A stretch of 64,000 nt of DNA from Erysipelotrichaceae bacterium (GCA_031272515.1 JAISTR010000021.1:17306-81305), one strand, 5' to 3'. Shown: positions 1 through 10,232, counted from the stretch's first letter. Numbers and translations: made by a program. Notes: a model not told the origin generated them from the sequence alone.

Positions 1-626
1 ATCTGGAAGATGACATGGACCTGATTGAGGACATGGTGAAGTTTCTGATTGAGTACATCCTGGTCAACTGCCCGGTGGAGATGGAGTTCTTCAACGAATT
101 CATTGACAAGACCCTTTTGGAGCGGCTCAACCATGTCAAGGACACGCCGTTTCAGCGCATTACCTATACTGAGGCGATTGAAAGGCTGCAGAATGCGGAT
201 GTCAAGTTTGACTACAAAGTAAAGTGGGGCATGGACCTGCAGACCGAGCATGAGCGCTATCTCTGCGAACAGGTCAATGGTCCGGTCTTTCTGACCGACT
301 GGCCCAAGGAAATCAAGGCTTTCTATATGCGGGAAAACGAGGATGGCAAGACCGTCGCCGCCACCGATCTTTTGGTACCGGTGGTCGGAGAGCTGGTCGG
401 GGCTTCCCAGCGTGAAGAGCGCCTGGACATTCTGAAACGCAAGATGAAAGAATTCAAAATCCCTGAAGAAGGGCTGGAGTGGTATCTGGACTTGCGCCGC
501 TATGGCGGGGTCAAGCATGCCGGCTTTGGTTTGGGCTTTGAGCGCTTTCTGATGTATATCACCGGCATGAGCAACATCCGGGATGTCATTCCCTTTGCCC
601 GTACACCGAAGAATTTGGAGTATTAA
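1..626 (+). CDS. asnS: asparagine--tRNA ligase, C-terminal part (5' end lies outside window)
   Basis: Class II aaRS motif 3 [15 protein letters not shown]...[10 protein letters not shown] at the C-terminus is typical of AsnRS. Reading frame is open to the window start. Confidence 0.8.
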   Translation, partial: LEDDMDLIEDMVKFLIEYILVNCPVEMEFFNEFIDKTLLERLNHVKDTPFQRITYTEAIERLQNADVKFDYKVKWGMDLQTEHERYLCEQVNGPVFLTDWPKEIKAFYMRENEDGKTVAATDLLVPVVGELVGASQREERLDILKRKMKEFKIPEEGLEWYLDLRRYGGVKHAGFGLGFERFLMYITGMSNIRDVIPFARTPKNLEY

Positions 627-636
627 ACAGAGAAAA

Positions 637-666
637 GGCACAGTAAAACCTACTGTGTCTTTTTGT
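637..666 (+). terminator. rho-independent terminator after asnS
   Basis: Hairpin GGCACAGTA-AAACC-TACTGTGTC followed by TTTTTG. Confidence 0.6.
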
Positions 667-881
667 AAAAAGGCCTGTTTTTTTAAGAACTTCCAAAAAA
701 AGAAAAAGGGCATTCACAAATGACACCCAAATAACCCCAAACTAATTTAATTTTTTATTAAATTTATCTAAAATATACTTATTTTTTTATATTTTAAAAA
801 TAATATTATTTTTATGTGATTTTTCTTTTTTCATCGATTTGGCTGTGCTATAATATCAATATCAGGTACTAACACGGAGAT

Positions 882-1058
882 ATGGGAGAAAAGCGCAACA
901 ACCAAGGGAGTCAAGGCAACTGGATTTTATTCATCGGTGTGGTTCTGGTCATCTGGTCCGTCACCTACGTTTTTGTGAATCACGATATGACAGATCTGCT
1001 GGCCGCGCTGCCTTTTATCATAGGCGTAATGCTGGTTGCCTGGCAGCTGATGAATTGA
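882..1058 (+). CDS. small hydrophobic protein (58 aa, one predicted TM helix). Below the ORF-track size cutoff.
   Basis: ATG 882 is preceded by ACGGAGA and by an extended -10 TGCTATAAT (~846-856). Translation MGEKRNNQGSQGNWILFIGVVLVIWSVTYVFVNHDMTDLLAALPFIIGVMLVAWQLMN. A hairpin + T-run (~1069-1097) follows. Confidence 0.4.
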   Translation: MGEKRNNQGSQGNWILFIGVVLVIWSVTYVFVNHDMTDLLAALPFIIGVMLVAWQLMN

Positions 1059-1104
1059 TACCTAAGAAACCGCCTCTGAAGATTGGAGGTTTTTTTGTGC
1101 GCTT

Positions 1105-1953
1105 GTGGTACAATACCAGCGTATGCAGGAATATGTGCTGAAAACTGACAAGCAGGGAAACAAGGTCACCGTCCGCGATTTGCAGATGGTGCTTTTAGGC
1201 ATGCTGAAGGACATCGATGCCCTGTGCAGAAAACACAACATTCCCTATTTCCTCAATGGCGGCAGTGCCTTGGGTGCGGTGCGGCACCAGGGTTTCATCC
1301 CCTGGGATGACGATGCCGATATCTCCATGATGGCAAGCGACTACTTCCGTTTTCTGCAAGTCGCAAGCGAGCTGGGCGAGGACTATGTGGTGCATGCCTA
1401 TGAAATCGACAAGCGCTACAATGTTTTGATTCCAGCCGCAAAAATCCGTAAAAAGAACACCTATATCCAGGAAGTCAATACCCTTTTAAGAAACCGGATT
1501 CCCGATTGCGACGGCGTTTTTGTGGATGTGTTTGTCTATGACTATGTAAGTGAAAACCGGATCCGGGACTTTATCCCCCGGGTTTTGAATCAGGCTTTGA
1601 TGCCCTTGATTATCGGCTTTGAAAACATCGGCATCAATCCAATCTGGCTCAAGGACAACTTCACCAAGCGGGCTTTTCGCTATGGAAAGAAAAACCGCAA
1701 CAGCAAGAAAATCGGCTTTTCCTTGACCTGGACCTTCAAGACTCCCTTTCATCCCTTCATCTTTGACTGCGATGATATCTATCCGGTTCAATATGTGCCT
1801 TTTGAAGATACGATGCTGCCGATTGCCGCCAATCCCCACAATTATCTGTGCACGGCGATCGCGCCCTCCTATATGACCCTGCCTCCGGAAAACAAACGCT
1901 TTGGCAAGCACACCGTAGACATCAGTCTAAAAAGCGGCACACCTGAGGAATAG
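1105..1953 (+). CDS. LicD family protein (phosphocholine/phosphoalcohol transferase family)
   Basis: LNGGSALGAVRHQGFIPWDDDADI motif characteristic of LicD nucleotidyltransferase-fold proteins. Confidence 0.7.
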   Translation: MVQYQRMQEYVLKTDKQGNKVTVRDLQMVLLGMLKDIDALCRKHNIPYFLNGGSALGAVRHQGFIPWDDDADISMMASDYFRFLQVASELGEDYVVHAYEIDKRYNVLIPAAKIRKKNTYIQEVNTLLRNRIPDCDGVFVDVFVYDYVSENRIRDFIPRVLNQALMPLIIGFENIGINPIWLKDNFTKRAFRYGKKNRNSKKIGFSLTWTFKTPFHPFIFDCDDIYPVQYVPFEDTMLPIAANPHNYLCTAIAPSYMTLPPENKRFGKHTVDISLKSGTPEE

Positions 1954-1955
1954 GG

Positions 1956-3806
1956 ATGCTGTATCAGATTGCCAAAGGCACAAAGGCCTTCGGACCCCAG
2001 CAGGTGTTTGCCAACATCAATTTTCAGATCAAGGGGTCCGAAAAGATTGCGGTCATCGGCCGCAACGGGTCCGGCAAGACCACTCTTTTGAAAATCATCG
2101 CGGGGTTGGAAGACCTCTCCAGCGGCCAGATCTTTGCGAATAATCAAATCCGGATCGGATACCTGAGTCAGACGGCTTTGCCGGATGACTCCTTAACCGT
2201 ACACGAAGCACTGCTGGAAGCCTATGCACAACTTTTACTGCTGCAAAAGAAGCTGGAGGATTTGGCGAAGGCGATGGAGCAGGACTTCAGTGAGAAGATC
2301 CAAAATGACTACAGCATCACCCAGAGCCGCTTTGAGGCTGAGGGCGGCTACAGCATGGATACCGAACTGTTGACGGTGTTCACCAAATTTGGTTTCAAGC
2401 CGGAAGACCTCCAAAGACCCATCCATACCTTCTCCGGCGGGCAGCGCACCAAGATTGCCTTTGTGCGCCTGCTGCTTTCCAAACCGGATATTCTGCTCTT
2501 GGATGAGCCCACCAACCACCTCGATTTAAGCACCATTGAATGGCTGGAGGGCTATCTGAAAAACTATCCCAAAGCGATTGTTTTGGTCTCCCATGACCGG
2601 ATGTTTCTGGACCGGGTGGCCAGTCATGTTGCCGAGCTTGAGCTGGGGAACATGACTTTTTACACCGGTAACTACAGCAGCTATCTGGCTCAGAAGCAGC
2701 AGATGCTGGAGGCCAATGAAACGGCCTATAAAAACCAGCAGCTGGAAATAGAGCGGCTGGAGAAACTGATTGAGAAGTTTCGCTACAAGAAAAGCAAGGC
2801 GGCTTTCGCCCAGTCGAAGATCAAGTATCTGGACCGCATGGAGCGGGTGGAACTGATCCGGAATGACAACACCACGCTGAAGATGACCTTTGCGCCGCGA
2901 ATCCGCGGTGCCAAGGTCGTGCTGAAGCTGGATGACTATCAGGTAGGTTATGATAAGCCGTTGCTGTCACTGAGCTATGAACTCTTGCGCGGCCAGAAGG
3001 TTGCTGTAATCGGCGACAATGGCACCGGCAAGAGTACCCTGGTCAAAAGCATCGTAGACAAAATCCCTGCACTTTGCGGGGAGAAGCTATTGGGACATCA
3101 GATTGAAATCGGCTACTTTGACCAGCAGCTGGCCCAGTTTGACTCTGACAAGACTGTCCTGGAGGAGCTCTGGAACCTCTATCCTTCCCTGGACCGCACC
3201 CAAATCAGAACGGTGCTGGGCTGCTTCCTGTTTCGTGGCGATGATGTCTTCAAGGAGGTATCGGTACTCTCCGGGGGCGAGCGGGTACGGCTCTACCTGG
3301 CGCGCTTGATGTTGCAGAAGGCGAACTTTCTGATTCTGGATGAACCGACCAACCATCTGGACATGCCTGGCAAGGAAGCCCTGGAAAATGCCTTGTCCAA
3401 TTATCAGGGCAGCCTGCTGCTGGTCAGCCATGACCGCTACTTCATCAATAAGACCTGCTCCCGTTTGATTTTCTTAAGGCAGGATACCGTAGAGTTTTTT
3501 GAAGGCAACTATCAGCAGTGGCTTGAGCGAAATCAGCCGGCACCCAAAGAAATTGTCAAGGAGAAGAAAGAGCCGAAAAAACCGGCTCAGCCCAAAAAGC
3601 CGGATCCCAAGAAAGCCCTTTTGAAGCTGGAGCAGAAAATCTATGAGCAGGAGCAGCGCCAGCAGGAGCTGGAAGAACTATTGGAGCTGCCTGAATACTA
3701 TGAGGACTTTTTGAAGTGCCGGGAAGTGGAAGAAGAGATGGATACGGTCCGGGACAACCTGAAGCGGTGCTATCGTGAACTGGAAGAACTGCTGGCACTG
3801 GAATAG
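1956..3806 (+). CDS. ABC-F family ATPase (tandem ABC domains, no TMD, Uup/YdiF-like with Lys/Glu-rich C-terminal coiled coil)
   Basis: Two Walker A sites (GRNGSGKTT, GDNGTGKST), two LSGG signatures, ~80-aa inter-domain linker, charged C-terminal tail. Confidence 0.85.
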   Translation: MLYQIAKGTKAFGPQQVFANINFQIKGSEKIAVIGRNGSGKTTLLKIIAGLEDLSSGQIFANNQIRIGYLSQTALPDDSLTVHEALLEAYAQLLLLQKKLEDLAKAMEQDFSEKIQNDYSITQSRFEAEGGYSMDTELLTVFTKFGFKPEDLQRPIHTFSGGQRTKIAFVRLLLSKPDILLLDEPTNHLDLSTIEWLEGYLKNYPKAIVLVSHDRMFLDRVASHVAELELGNMTFYTGNYSSYLAQKQQMLEANETAYKNQQLEIERLEKLIEKFRYKKSKAAFAQSKIKYLDRMERVELIRNDNTTLKMTFAPRIRGAKVVLKLDDYQVGYDKPLLSLSYELLRGQKVAVIGDNGTGKSTLVKSIVDKIPALCGEKLLGHQIEIGYFDQQLAQFDSDKTVLEELWNLYPSLDRTQIRTVLGCFLFRGDDVFKEVSVLSGGERVRLYLARLMLQKANFLILDEPTNHLDMPGKEALENALSNYQGSLLLVSHDRYFINKTCSRLIFLRQDTVEFFEGNYQQWLERNQPAPKEIVKEKKEPKKPAQPKKPDPKKALLKLEQKIYEQEQRQQELEELLELPEYYEDFLKCREVEEEMDTVRDNLKRCYRELEELLALE

Positions 3807-4299
3807 AATCATCCCCATCCTGTTTACGCTCTTTGGTTTCTGGCTGGCCAGCCGTCTTTCGCTATGGAACAACAATTTCTCGGACCTGAGCACCACTTCC
3901 TACCGGGTTTGGTATTGGCTGTGGGGCTTTGGCTTCTGTATTCTGTATGCTTATTGCTTAAACCGCTATCAATCCAAAATGGATTGGGGCTGGCGGGTTT
4001 TGGGGACCTTAGGGCTTTTGGCCTATCTGATCAGCATCCTCTTGCCTTATTCGCCATCCGCCTTGACAACCAGCAGCAACCTGCATGTGCAGCTGGCCAT
4101 CAGCGGCAATGTCATCACGATAATTGTCTTACTAAAAACCATCAGTTTTCATTTTGATCCCAAGTGGCAGAGGCAAAAGACAGCTCTGCTGCTTTGCCTG
4201 GTTGCCCTTTGCCTTTGTTTGATTATGAGTTTTCAGCGCACCAACAGCTTTACTCAGTGGCTGTTTACCAGCGCGCTTGTGTGGCTTTTCTGGAAATAG
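3775..4299 (+). CDS. hypothetical Trp-rich polytopic membrane protein
   Basis: Hydrophobic ORF. True start uncertain because the ORF-track start overlaps the 3' end of the ABC-F gene. Confidence 0.4.
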   Translation: MNWKNCWHWNRIIPILFTLFGFWLASRLSLWNNNFSDLSTTSYRVWYWLWGFGFCILYAYCLNRYQSKMDWGWRVLGTLGLLAYLISILLPYSPSALTTSSNLHVQLAISGNVITIIVLLKTISFHFDPKWQRQKTALLLCLVALCLCLIMSFQRTNSFTQWLFTSALVWLFWK

Positions 4300-4357
4300 T
4301 TTCAGATTGGTAAAATTTCAAGGTTTCCGACTGATTCTTCTTTAACTCTGTTGTATT

Positions 4358-5599
4358 ATGGAAGTAACAACCTTGAAAGGAGAACATATGAAAAGAGATG
4401 AAGAGATGAAACTGGCTACGGCGGTGATTCACGCCGGGGAAATCGAAGACCCCTATGGGGCGCAGATGCCTCCGGTCTACCGTACCTCAACTTATCATTT
4501 CAAAGGCGGAATCAAGGATTTTGCGAAGGCGGCTGTCATCAAAGAGGATGGGAAATATTCCGGTTATGTCTATTCCCGCGGCTCCAATCCGACGGTGGAA
4601 CTGTTTGAAAGAAGAATTGCCGCGATGCACAACGGCGTCGACGCAATTGCCTTCGCCAGCGGCTCGGCGGCGATTGCCGGGGTGCTGTTCTCGTTATTAA
4701 CAGCGGGGGATCAGGCCATCTATGCGAAGGTACTCTATACCTCCACCCTGTACTTCTTCCATCACCGCCTGCCCAAATTCAATATCGACACAGTTGAAGT
4801 GGACCCCACTGATCTGGCAGCGGTGGAAGCGGCGATTACCCCAAAAACCAAATTGATCTATGTCGAGACACCCTCCAACCCGACGATGGACATCACCGAT
4901 CTTCGCGGCATTGCGGCCTTAGGCAAAAAGTATGGAGTCTTGACGGTATGCGACAACACCTATTCCAGCGCCTACAACACCCGGCCCTTGGACTTGGGGA
5001 TTGATGTGGTATTGGAGAGCGCAACGAAATACATCAACGGCCATGGCGATGGCCTGGGTGGGATTGTCAGCTCTAAAAACGAAAAACTGATTGCGGATAT
5101 CAGAAGGGATGGCTTACTCTATCTGGGCGGTATCATGGCACCGGATGTGGCTTATCTGATGATCCGCGGCTTAAAGACCTTTACCCTGCGCGTGAAAGGG
5201 CACAATGAGAATGCCCAGGCCTTGGCGGAGTTTCTGGAGAAGCACCCCAAAGTTGAGAAGGTGTTTTATCCCGGACTGAAGTCCTTTGAAGCCCATGATC
5301 TGGCGATGTCGCAAAGTGTTGGCGGCGGCGGCATGATGCAGCTATTGATCAAGGGCGGAGTCAAGGGTCTGGAAGTGTTTTCCAAGTCTTTGAAGCTGGC
5401 CTCCTTTGCGGTCAGCCTGGGAGATGCCGATACATTGGTGGTTGCCAGTACCCGCTATCCCGGTTATGGCTATGGCATGCCAGGCAGCGGCGAGGTGGAT
5501 GACCCGCGCTTCTTTGTCATCCGTATTTCTGTCGGTTTGGAAGACATTGAGGATTTGAAGAAGGACTTTGATCAGGCATTAAACAAAATTGAAGAATAG
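4358..5599 (+). CDS. PLP-dependent Cys/Met-metabolism enzyme (methionine gamma-lyase / cystathionine gamma-synthase family)
   Basis: YSRGSNPT and SATKYINGHGD (PLP-lysine) motifs. GGAGAA RBS upstream. Confidence 0.8.
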   Translation: MEVTTLKGEHMKRDEEMKLATAVIHAGEIEDPYGAQMPPVYRTSTYHFKGGIKDFAKAAVIKEDGKYSGYVYSRGSNPTVELFERRIAAMHNGVDAIAFASGSAAIAGVLFSLLTAGDQAIYAKVLYTSTLYFFHHRLPKFNIDTVEVDPTDLAAVEAAITPKTKLIYVETPSNPTMDITDLRGIAALGKKYGVLTVCDNTYSSAYNTRPLDLGIDVVLESATKYINGHGDGLGGIVSSKNEKLIADIRRDGLLYLGGIMAPDVAYLMIRGLKTFTLRVKGHNENAQALAEFLEKHPKVEKVFYPGLKSFEAHDLAMSQSVGGGGMMQLLIKGGVKGLEVFSKSLKLASFAVSLGDADTLVVASTRYPGYGYGMPGSGEVDDPRFFVIRISVGLEDIEDLKKDFDQALNKIEE

Positions 5600-5750
5600 C
5601 TCCAAACAGCCGGCACTGCCGGCTGTTTTGTGAAAAAGGATGAAATACAATCAAGCGGATACTGATGGACAGTGGGTCATGATAGAATATGGATGGAATC
5701 AAAAAAGAGATCTTGCAAAACGATCAAACCCAAACTGAGAGGAGATCCAC

Positions 5751-6104
5751 ATGAGTAACACTGAACGCATTTACAGCATGCCGTTTTCCGATGTCTATCC
5801 GCTGCTGGTGGCGAAAGCCGAAAGAAAGGGGAGGACCAAGGACGAAGTCGATACCGTCATCTATTGGCTGACCGGCTATGATGAAGCCGGACTCAAGGAA
5901 CAGCTGGATTTAGAGGTGGACCACAGGACCTTCTACGGGCAGGCTCCCAGAATCAACCCCAATGCCAGCCTGATTACCGGGGCGGTGTGCGGCGTCCGGG
6001 TGGAGAGCATCGAGGATCCTTTGATGCAAAAGATCCGCTGGCTGGACAAGCTGGTGGATGAGCTTGCGAAAGGCAAAAAAATGGAGAAGATTCTGCGAGG
6101 GTAA
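5751..6104 (+). CDS. DUF2200 family protein
   Basis: N-terminal [30 protein letters not shown]...WLTGY pattern resembles DUF2200. Confidence 0.5.
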   Translation: MSNTERIYSMPFSDVYPLLVAKAERKGRTKDEVDTVIYWLTGYDEAGLKEQLDLEVDHRTFYGQAPRINPNASLITGAVCGVRVESIEDPLMQKIRWLDKLVDELAKGKKMEKILRG

Positions 6105-6106
6105 AC

Positions 6107-6559
6107 ATGGCGATGATTTATACGGATTTAACCCGCAGGGCCCTAAAGATTGCCTATCAAGCCCATCATGGACAAACTGATAAAACCGGACTGCCCTACA
6201 TCTTTCATCCTCTGCACTTGGCGGAGCATATCGGGGAGGATGAAATTCTGATTGCGACCGCGCTCTTGCATGATGTGGTGGAGGATACCGGCATGACCTT
6301 TGGTGATTTAGAAAAGCAGAAAATACCGCCAGAAGTGATAGAAGCCTTGAAGCTGTTAACCCACCGCAAGGACCTTGATTATCTGGACTATGTCCGCCTG
6401 ATTCGCGACAGCCATAATCAGACCGCCATCAAAGTCAAGCTGGCGGACCTGCGCCATAACAGTGATGTCAGCCGGATGCCCGTGTTGGATGATGGGGCAA
6501 AGTCCCGGCTAAAACAATACCAGGCGGCATTGGCAATACTTTGCGAAGGTGAAAAATAA
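6107..6559 (+). CDS. stand-alone HD-domain guanosine polyphosphate hydrolase-like protein (small alarmone hydrolase, SpoT/Mesh1-type)
   Basis: HHGQTDKTGLPYIFHPLHLA ... ALLHDVVEDT is the RelA/SpoT hydrolase-domain signature. Only 150 aa, no synthetase domain. Confidence 0.7.
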   Translation: MAMIYTDLTRRALKIAYQAHHGQTDKTGLPYIFHPLHLAEHIGEDEILIATALLHDVVEDTGMTFGDLEKQKIPPEVIEALKLLTHRKDLDYLDYVRLIRDSHNQTAIKVKLADLRHNSDVSRMPVLDDGAKSRLKQYQAALAILCEGEK

Positions 6560-7013
6560 AAGGGGAATCATGAACATCAATGCGGAAATCAGACAACAGC
6601 TCGATCAGCTGAATCAAAAAATTGAGATTGTTGAGGTGGACAGATTAACTGACATCCTGGAGACCACTTTTTCTTTCAAAGGCTCCAAGATCGACTGGTC
6701 CAAAACCGTTTCTCACCAATACCGAAAATACGACATTCGCGATTCTTCCTTGAAGGATATCCTGGCGTTTGTAAAGCAGCCTGATCTATATGAGTACATC
6801 CAAAACAGCGAAAAAATCTGCTACCTGAATGACGGCCAGCTGGATTTTGGTCTGAGCTTTTCACCTGATGCCTTTTTTGAAATGGTGCAGCTGCTTTTAA
6901 AACAGATCCCGACACACCATTATTTTTTTAGTGCATCTCCTGATTGGTGTCTGGCCATTACTATGGAAGGCGATATGGATTTTAGCTTGGCGCCAGAGAA
7001 AGTGCATGAATAA
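6549..7013 (+). CDS. hypothetical protein
   Basis: ORF translationally coupled to its neighbours (overlapping start/stop). No recognised motif. Confidence 0.45.
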   Translation: MKNKRGIMNINAEIRQQLDQLNQKIEIVEVDRLTDILETTFSFKGSKIDWSKTVSHQYRKYDIRDSSLKDILAFVKQPDLYEYIQNSEKICYLNDGQLDFGLSFSPDAFFEMVQLLLKQIPTHHYFFSASPDWCLAITMEGDMDFSLAPEKVHE

Positions 7014-7224
7014 AATCAAACCCGGTATCTACCGCCACTATAAGGGGAACCTTTATGAGGTCATCGCCATCGCGAAGCACAGTGAAACCCTGGAAGAGCT
7101 GGTCGTATACAGGGCCTTGTATGACGAAGGCAAAATCTGGGTAAGACCTTGCTCTATGTGGGAAGAACTGGTGGAAGTAAACGGGAAAACAGTAAAGCGA
7201 TTCACCTTGCTAGAAGGGAAATGA
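7006..7224 (+). CDS. DUF1653 family protein
   Basis: IYRHYKGNLYEV...LVVYRALY...WVRP pattern. Start placed at internal ATG 7006, which overlaps the upstream stop. The ORF-track start 6931 looks like a spurious 5' extension. Confidence 0.6.
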   Translation: MNKIKPGIYRHYKGNLYEVIAIAKHSETLEELVVYRALYDEGKIWVRPCSMWEELVEVNGKTVKRFTLLEGK

Positions 7225-7274
7225 AAAAAGAAGAGCAGAGAATAACAGCTTAATCACAACAGGAGGAACCGGGT

Positions 7275-7682
7275 ATGTGGAAGTGTCCAAATTGCGGCAG
7301 AGAATTCCAACATCAAGAGCAGAGCCATTATTGTAATCGCCCCACAGAATCGATAGAAGCTTATATTGAAGCCCAGGATGAAAAGCTGCAGCCGCGCTTG
7401 CGGGAAGTCTATGCGCTGATCAGACAAGTGCTTCCCGAAGCAAAAGAGAAAATCTCCTGGCAGATGCCAACCTTCTGGCAGGGTCGAAATCTGATTCACT
7501 TCGCCGCCTTTAAAAAACATATCGGCTTATTCCCGGGCGGGGAGGCCACGGGTGTGTTTGCGGATAAACTGAAGGACTACAAGACCTCCAAGGGCGGGAT
7601 TCAGCTTCCCAATGACAAACCCCTGCCTGTTGAATTGATTGTTGAAATTGCGAAATGGTGCGGGGTGAACAACCGCCTATGA
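7275..7682 (+). CDS. DUF1801 (YdhG-like) domain protein
   Basis: ISWQMPTF / HFAAFKKHIGLFPG pattern of DUF1801. Confidence 0.6.
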   Translation: MWKCPNCGREFQHQEQSHYCNRPTESIEAYIEAQDEKLQPRLREVYALIRQVLPEAKEKISWQMPTFWQGRNLIHFAAFKKHIGLFPGGEATGVFADKLKDYKTSKGGIQLPNDKPLPVELIVEIAKWCGVNNRL

Positions 7683-8233
7683 GTGATGATTGGCTTTTGG
7701 ATGTGCGGGAGCGCCAAAAACGCAAGTGCCAGATTCTCTTTACAAAAACCAATCCGTTATTAAACGACCTCAAAGCGTTCTTGAATCAGGCTTCCCATCA
7801 GGCGATTATACTTTGGGCATTGGAGCTGGCTGGACCTGTGGTCGAGGATTTGCGGGATAAGTATCCCCGACAGAACCGGCCTCTTTTAGCCTATCAGGCA
7901 GCGGTTGGCTGGGCGAAGGGCAAGATCAAAATGCCGGACGCAAAACGGGCGATTTTGGATTGTCACGGGCTTGCGAAAGAGTTGAGTGAGCCAACCGACA
8001 TCGCCCTTTGCCATGCGGTGGGGCAGGCTTGCAGCTGTGTGCATACCGCAGGGCATGCGCTTGGCTTTGTGATGTATGAACTGACTTCCATCGTTTTTAG
8101 TTTCCCCGAAAATATGTGGCCTGCAGCCTGTCCAGTTTGGGTGCGTTATTATGAGGACCGCCTGAAATATTGGATGGCGCACTATGACCGCTCCCCCTGG
8201 ACCTGGGCTGGGTTTTTACAAACCCAATCATGA
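7679..8233 (+). CDS. hypothetical alpha-helical protein
   Basis: ATG 7679 overlaps the upstream stop (ATGA). No catalytic motif recognised. Confidence 0.45.
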   Translation: MSDDWLLDVRERQKRKCQILFTKTNPLLNDLKAFLNQASHQAIILWALELAGPVVEDLRDKYPRQNRPLLAYQAAVGWAKGKIKMPDAKRAILDCHGLAKELSEPTDIALCHAVGQACSCVHTAGHALGFVMYELTSIVFSFPENMWPAACPVWVRYYEDRLKYWMAHYDRSPWTWAGFLQTQS

Positions 8234-8255
8234 AAAAACCGGAAGGATTCCGGTT

Positions 8256-9221
8256 TTAATGGCTTAGTTTTTCATCCAGCGTTTTCACGCTTTTGATGAG
8301 TAAATCAATGAAGGCTTCACGGTTGATCCCAATGCCGTTTTTGGTATTGGGTTTGATTTTGTAGAGCTCCGTATAGTCACGGGCAATGACGGTTTTACCG
8401 ACGGTCAGCTCGCCCTGGGTATCCACATCCACCTCCACCTCCTCCACTTCAATCAAGGAGGGATCAATCATATAGGTTGCCGCTACCGCATCGCAAAGGA
8501 TTCCGCCTTTGGCACCCCTGGCCAGACCGAAGTCCACCCGCCTTGTTAGCAGGTCGGCGGTGACATTGGCGATGATGCCTGTACCATCACCGCGGATGGC
8601 TTTCAGATCATCCGGGGAAACATAGGCCATAAAGCAGATTTCCAGGGCCATCATCACCATCGGGACTTTGGCATTGAAGACAATCTTCGCAGCTTCCGGG
8701 TCCGCCCAGATGTTAAACTCAGCGGCAGCCGTCCAATTGCCCAGACCGGCAGCACCACCCATGATTACCACCTGTTTGATAAGCTTTGGCAGCTCTGGAA
8801 AAAGCAGGAAGGCCTTGCCCAGATTAGTCAGGGGGCCCACCGCCAGAATCTCCAGCTCATGGGGGTATTTTTTCGCCATTTCATAGATGAACTCCCAGGC
8901 ATAGGTGTCCTGGGTTTGAATCTTTGGCTCGGGCAAAACCACAGGGCCCAGTCCGGTATTGCCATGCACATTGCCGGCGGTGCGCACACCTCTGGCCATG
9001 GAGCGGTCTGCTCCCTTATATACCGGAATTTCCGTATGTCCGGTCAATTCCAATAAGCGCAGGGCATTCTTTTCGCAATAAAGCAAAGTCTTGTTGCCGC
9101 AGACCGGCGTGATGCCCAAGAGTTCAAACTGTTGGCTCGCCAGCATCATAAACATGCAGACGGCGTCATCCTCACCCGGATCGCAATCCAGAATCACCGG
9201 ACGCTTTTTGATGTCACTCAT
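8256..9221 (-). CDS. inosine-uridine preferring nucleoside hydrolase family protein
   Basis: N-terminal DCDPGEDDAVCMFMM (DXDXXXDD) Ca-binding/active-site motif. Confidence 0.85.
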   Translation of the reverse strand: MSDIKKRPVILDCDPGEDDAVCMFMMLASQQFELLGITPVCGNKTLLYCEKNALRLLELTGHTEIPVYKGADRSMARGVRTAGNVHGNTGLGPVVLPEPKIQTQDTYAWEFIYEMAKKYPHELEILAVGPLTNLGKAFLLFPELPKLIKQVVIMGGAAGLGNWTAAAEFNIWADPEAAKIVFNAKVPMVMMALEICFMAYVSPDDLKAIRGDGTGIIANVTADLLTRRVDFGLARGAKGGILCDAVAATYMIDPSLIEVEEVEVDVDTQGELTVGKTVIARDYTELYKIKPNTKNGIGINREAFIDLLIKSVKTLDEKLSH

Positions 9222-10153
9222 GCCTGTTCCTCCGCTTTTGCCAATATGGCTTCGATTTTGTCCAAATACAACTGTAAATCCAAATCCATGATGGCCTGAT
9301 GCTGTTTGTCTTTGTCATAGAGGTCATCCCCGTCATTTTTGCGCACCGATAACAAAGTGGCACCTGTGCAAAGAGCGGAAGCAGTCTCGATGGAAATCGT
9401 GCCTTTAAGCCCTGTAAAGATTTGTGGGTAAAGCAGATAGAGGACCGGAATCGTATCATAGAGAATACTGCCGTTAAAAGAACCGTGCTGCCGGTAGCTC
9501 CAGGAGCGCTTTAAAAGATATTGGAGCATCTTTGCGTATTTGTTTTGATAGGAAAAATAGCGCTGACCGGCTTCTTGGGTAATCACCGCCTTATGGCAGA
9601 CATCCAGTCCGCAAAGGACCACCGGAACATCAAAGCCAAACACAATCTGCGCCGCTTCCGGGTCCGCATAGAAGTTGAGCTCGGCAGCACCGGTGGTATT
9701 GCCGCTGGCAATGCCGCCGCCCATCAAAACAATCCGCTCCACTTTCTCGCGCACCAGATCCGGATAAGCCAGGATTACTTTCGCAATGTTGGTCAAAGGT
9801 GCCAAAGGCACCAGGGTCACCGGTTCACTTGCCCCTGCAAGTTTTTGGTGATAAAAGGACAGCAGGTCAAGACCGACGGGTGGGGTCAGTTCTTTGTCGG
9901 TTTCTAACAGATCTTTACCATTGGGATTTCCCACCCATTTTTGCCTGACCAAAGGGACATCACTGCCGGCACAAAGGTCCACGCACGCTTGCAGCTCTGC
10001 CAACAACAGCTGGGTATTGCGGGTGGTCTGTGCCAGTTCCAGGTTGCCAAGACAAGTGCTGATGCCCAGAACTTCCAGGTCACTGCTGGCTAAGGCCAGG
10101 GTGATCGCCGCGGCGTCATCGCCGCCGGTATCGCAGTCAATCAGTATTTTCAT
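9218..10153 (-). CDS. nucleoside hydrolase family protein (tandem paralog)
   Basis: DCDTGGDDAAAITLAL motif. 4-nt overlap with the downstream paralog. Confidence 0.85.
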   Translation of the reverse strand: MKILIDCDTGGDDAAAITLALASSDLEVLGISTCLGNLELAQTTRNTQLLLAELQACVDLCAGSDVPLVRQKWVGNPNGKDLLETDKELTPPVGLDLLSFYHQKLAGASEPVTLVPLAPLTNIAKVILAYPDLVREKVERIVLMGGGIASGNTTGAAELNFYADPEAAQIVFGFDVPVVLCGLDVCHKAVITQEAGQRYFSYQNKYAKMLQYLLKRSWSYRQHGSFNGSILYDTIPVLYLLYPQIFTGLKGTISIETASALCTGATLLSVRKNDGDDLYDKDKQHQAIMDLDLQLYLDKIEAILAKAEEQA

Positions 10154-10232
10154 TCTGTTCTCCTTTCTCTAATCCATCCTACCACATGTTGGTTTTCATT
10201 TATGATAGAATGAACGAAAAGAGAGGGGTTCT

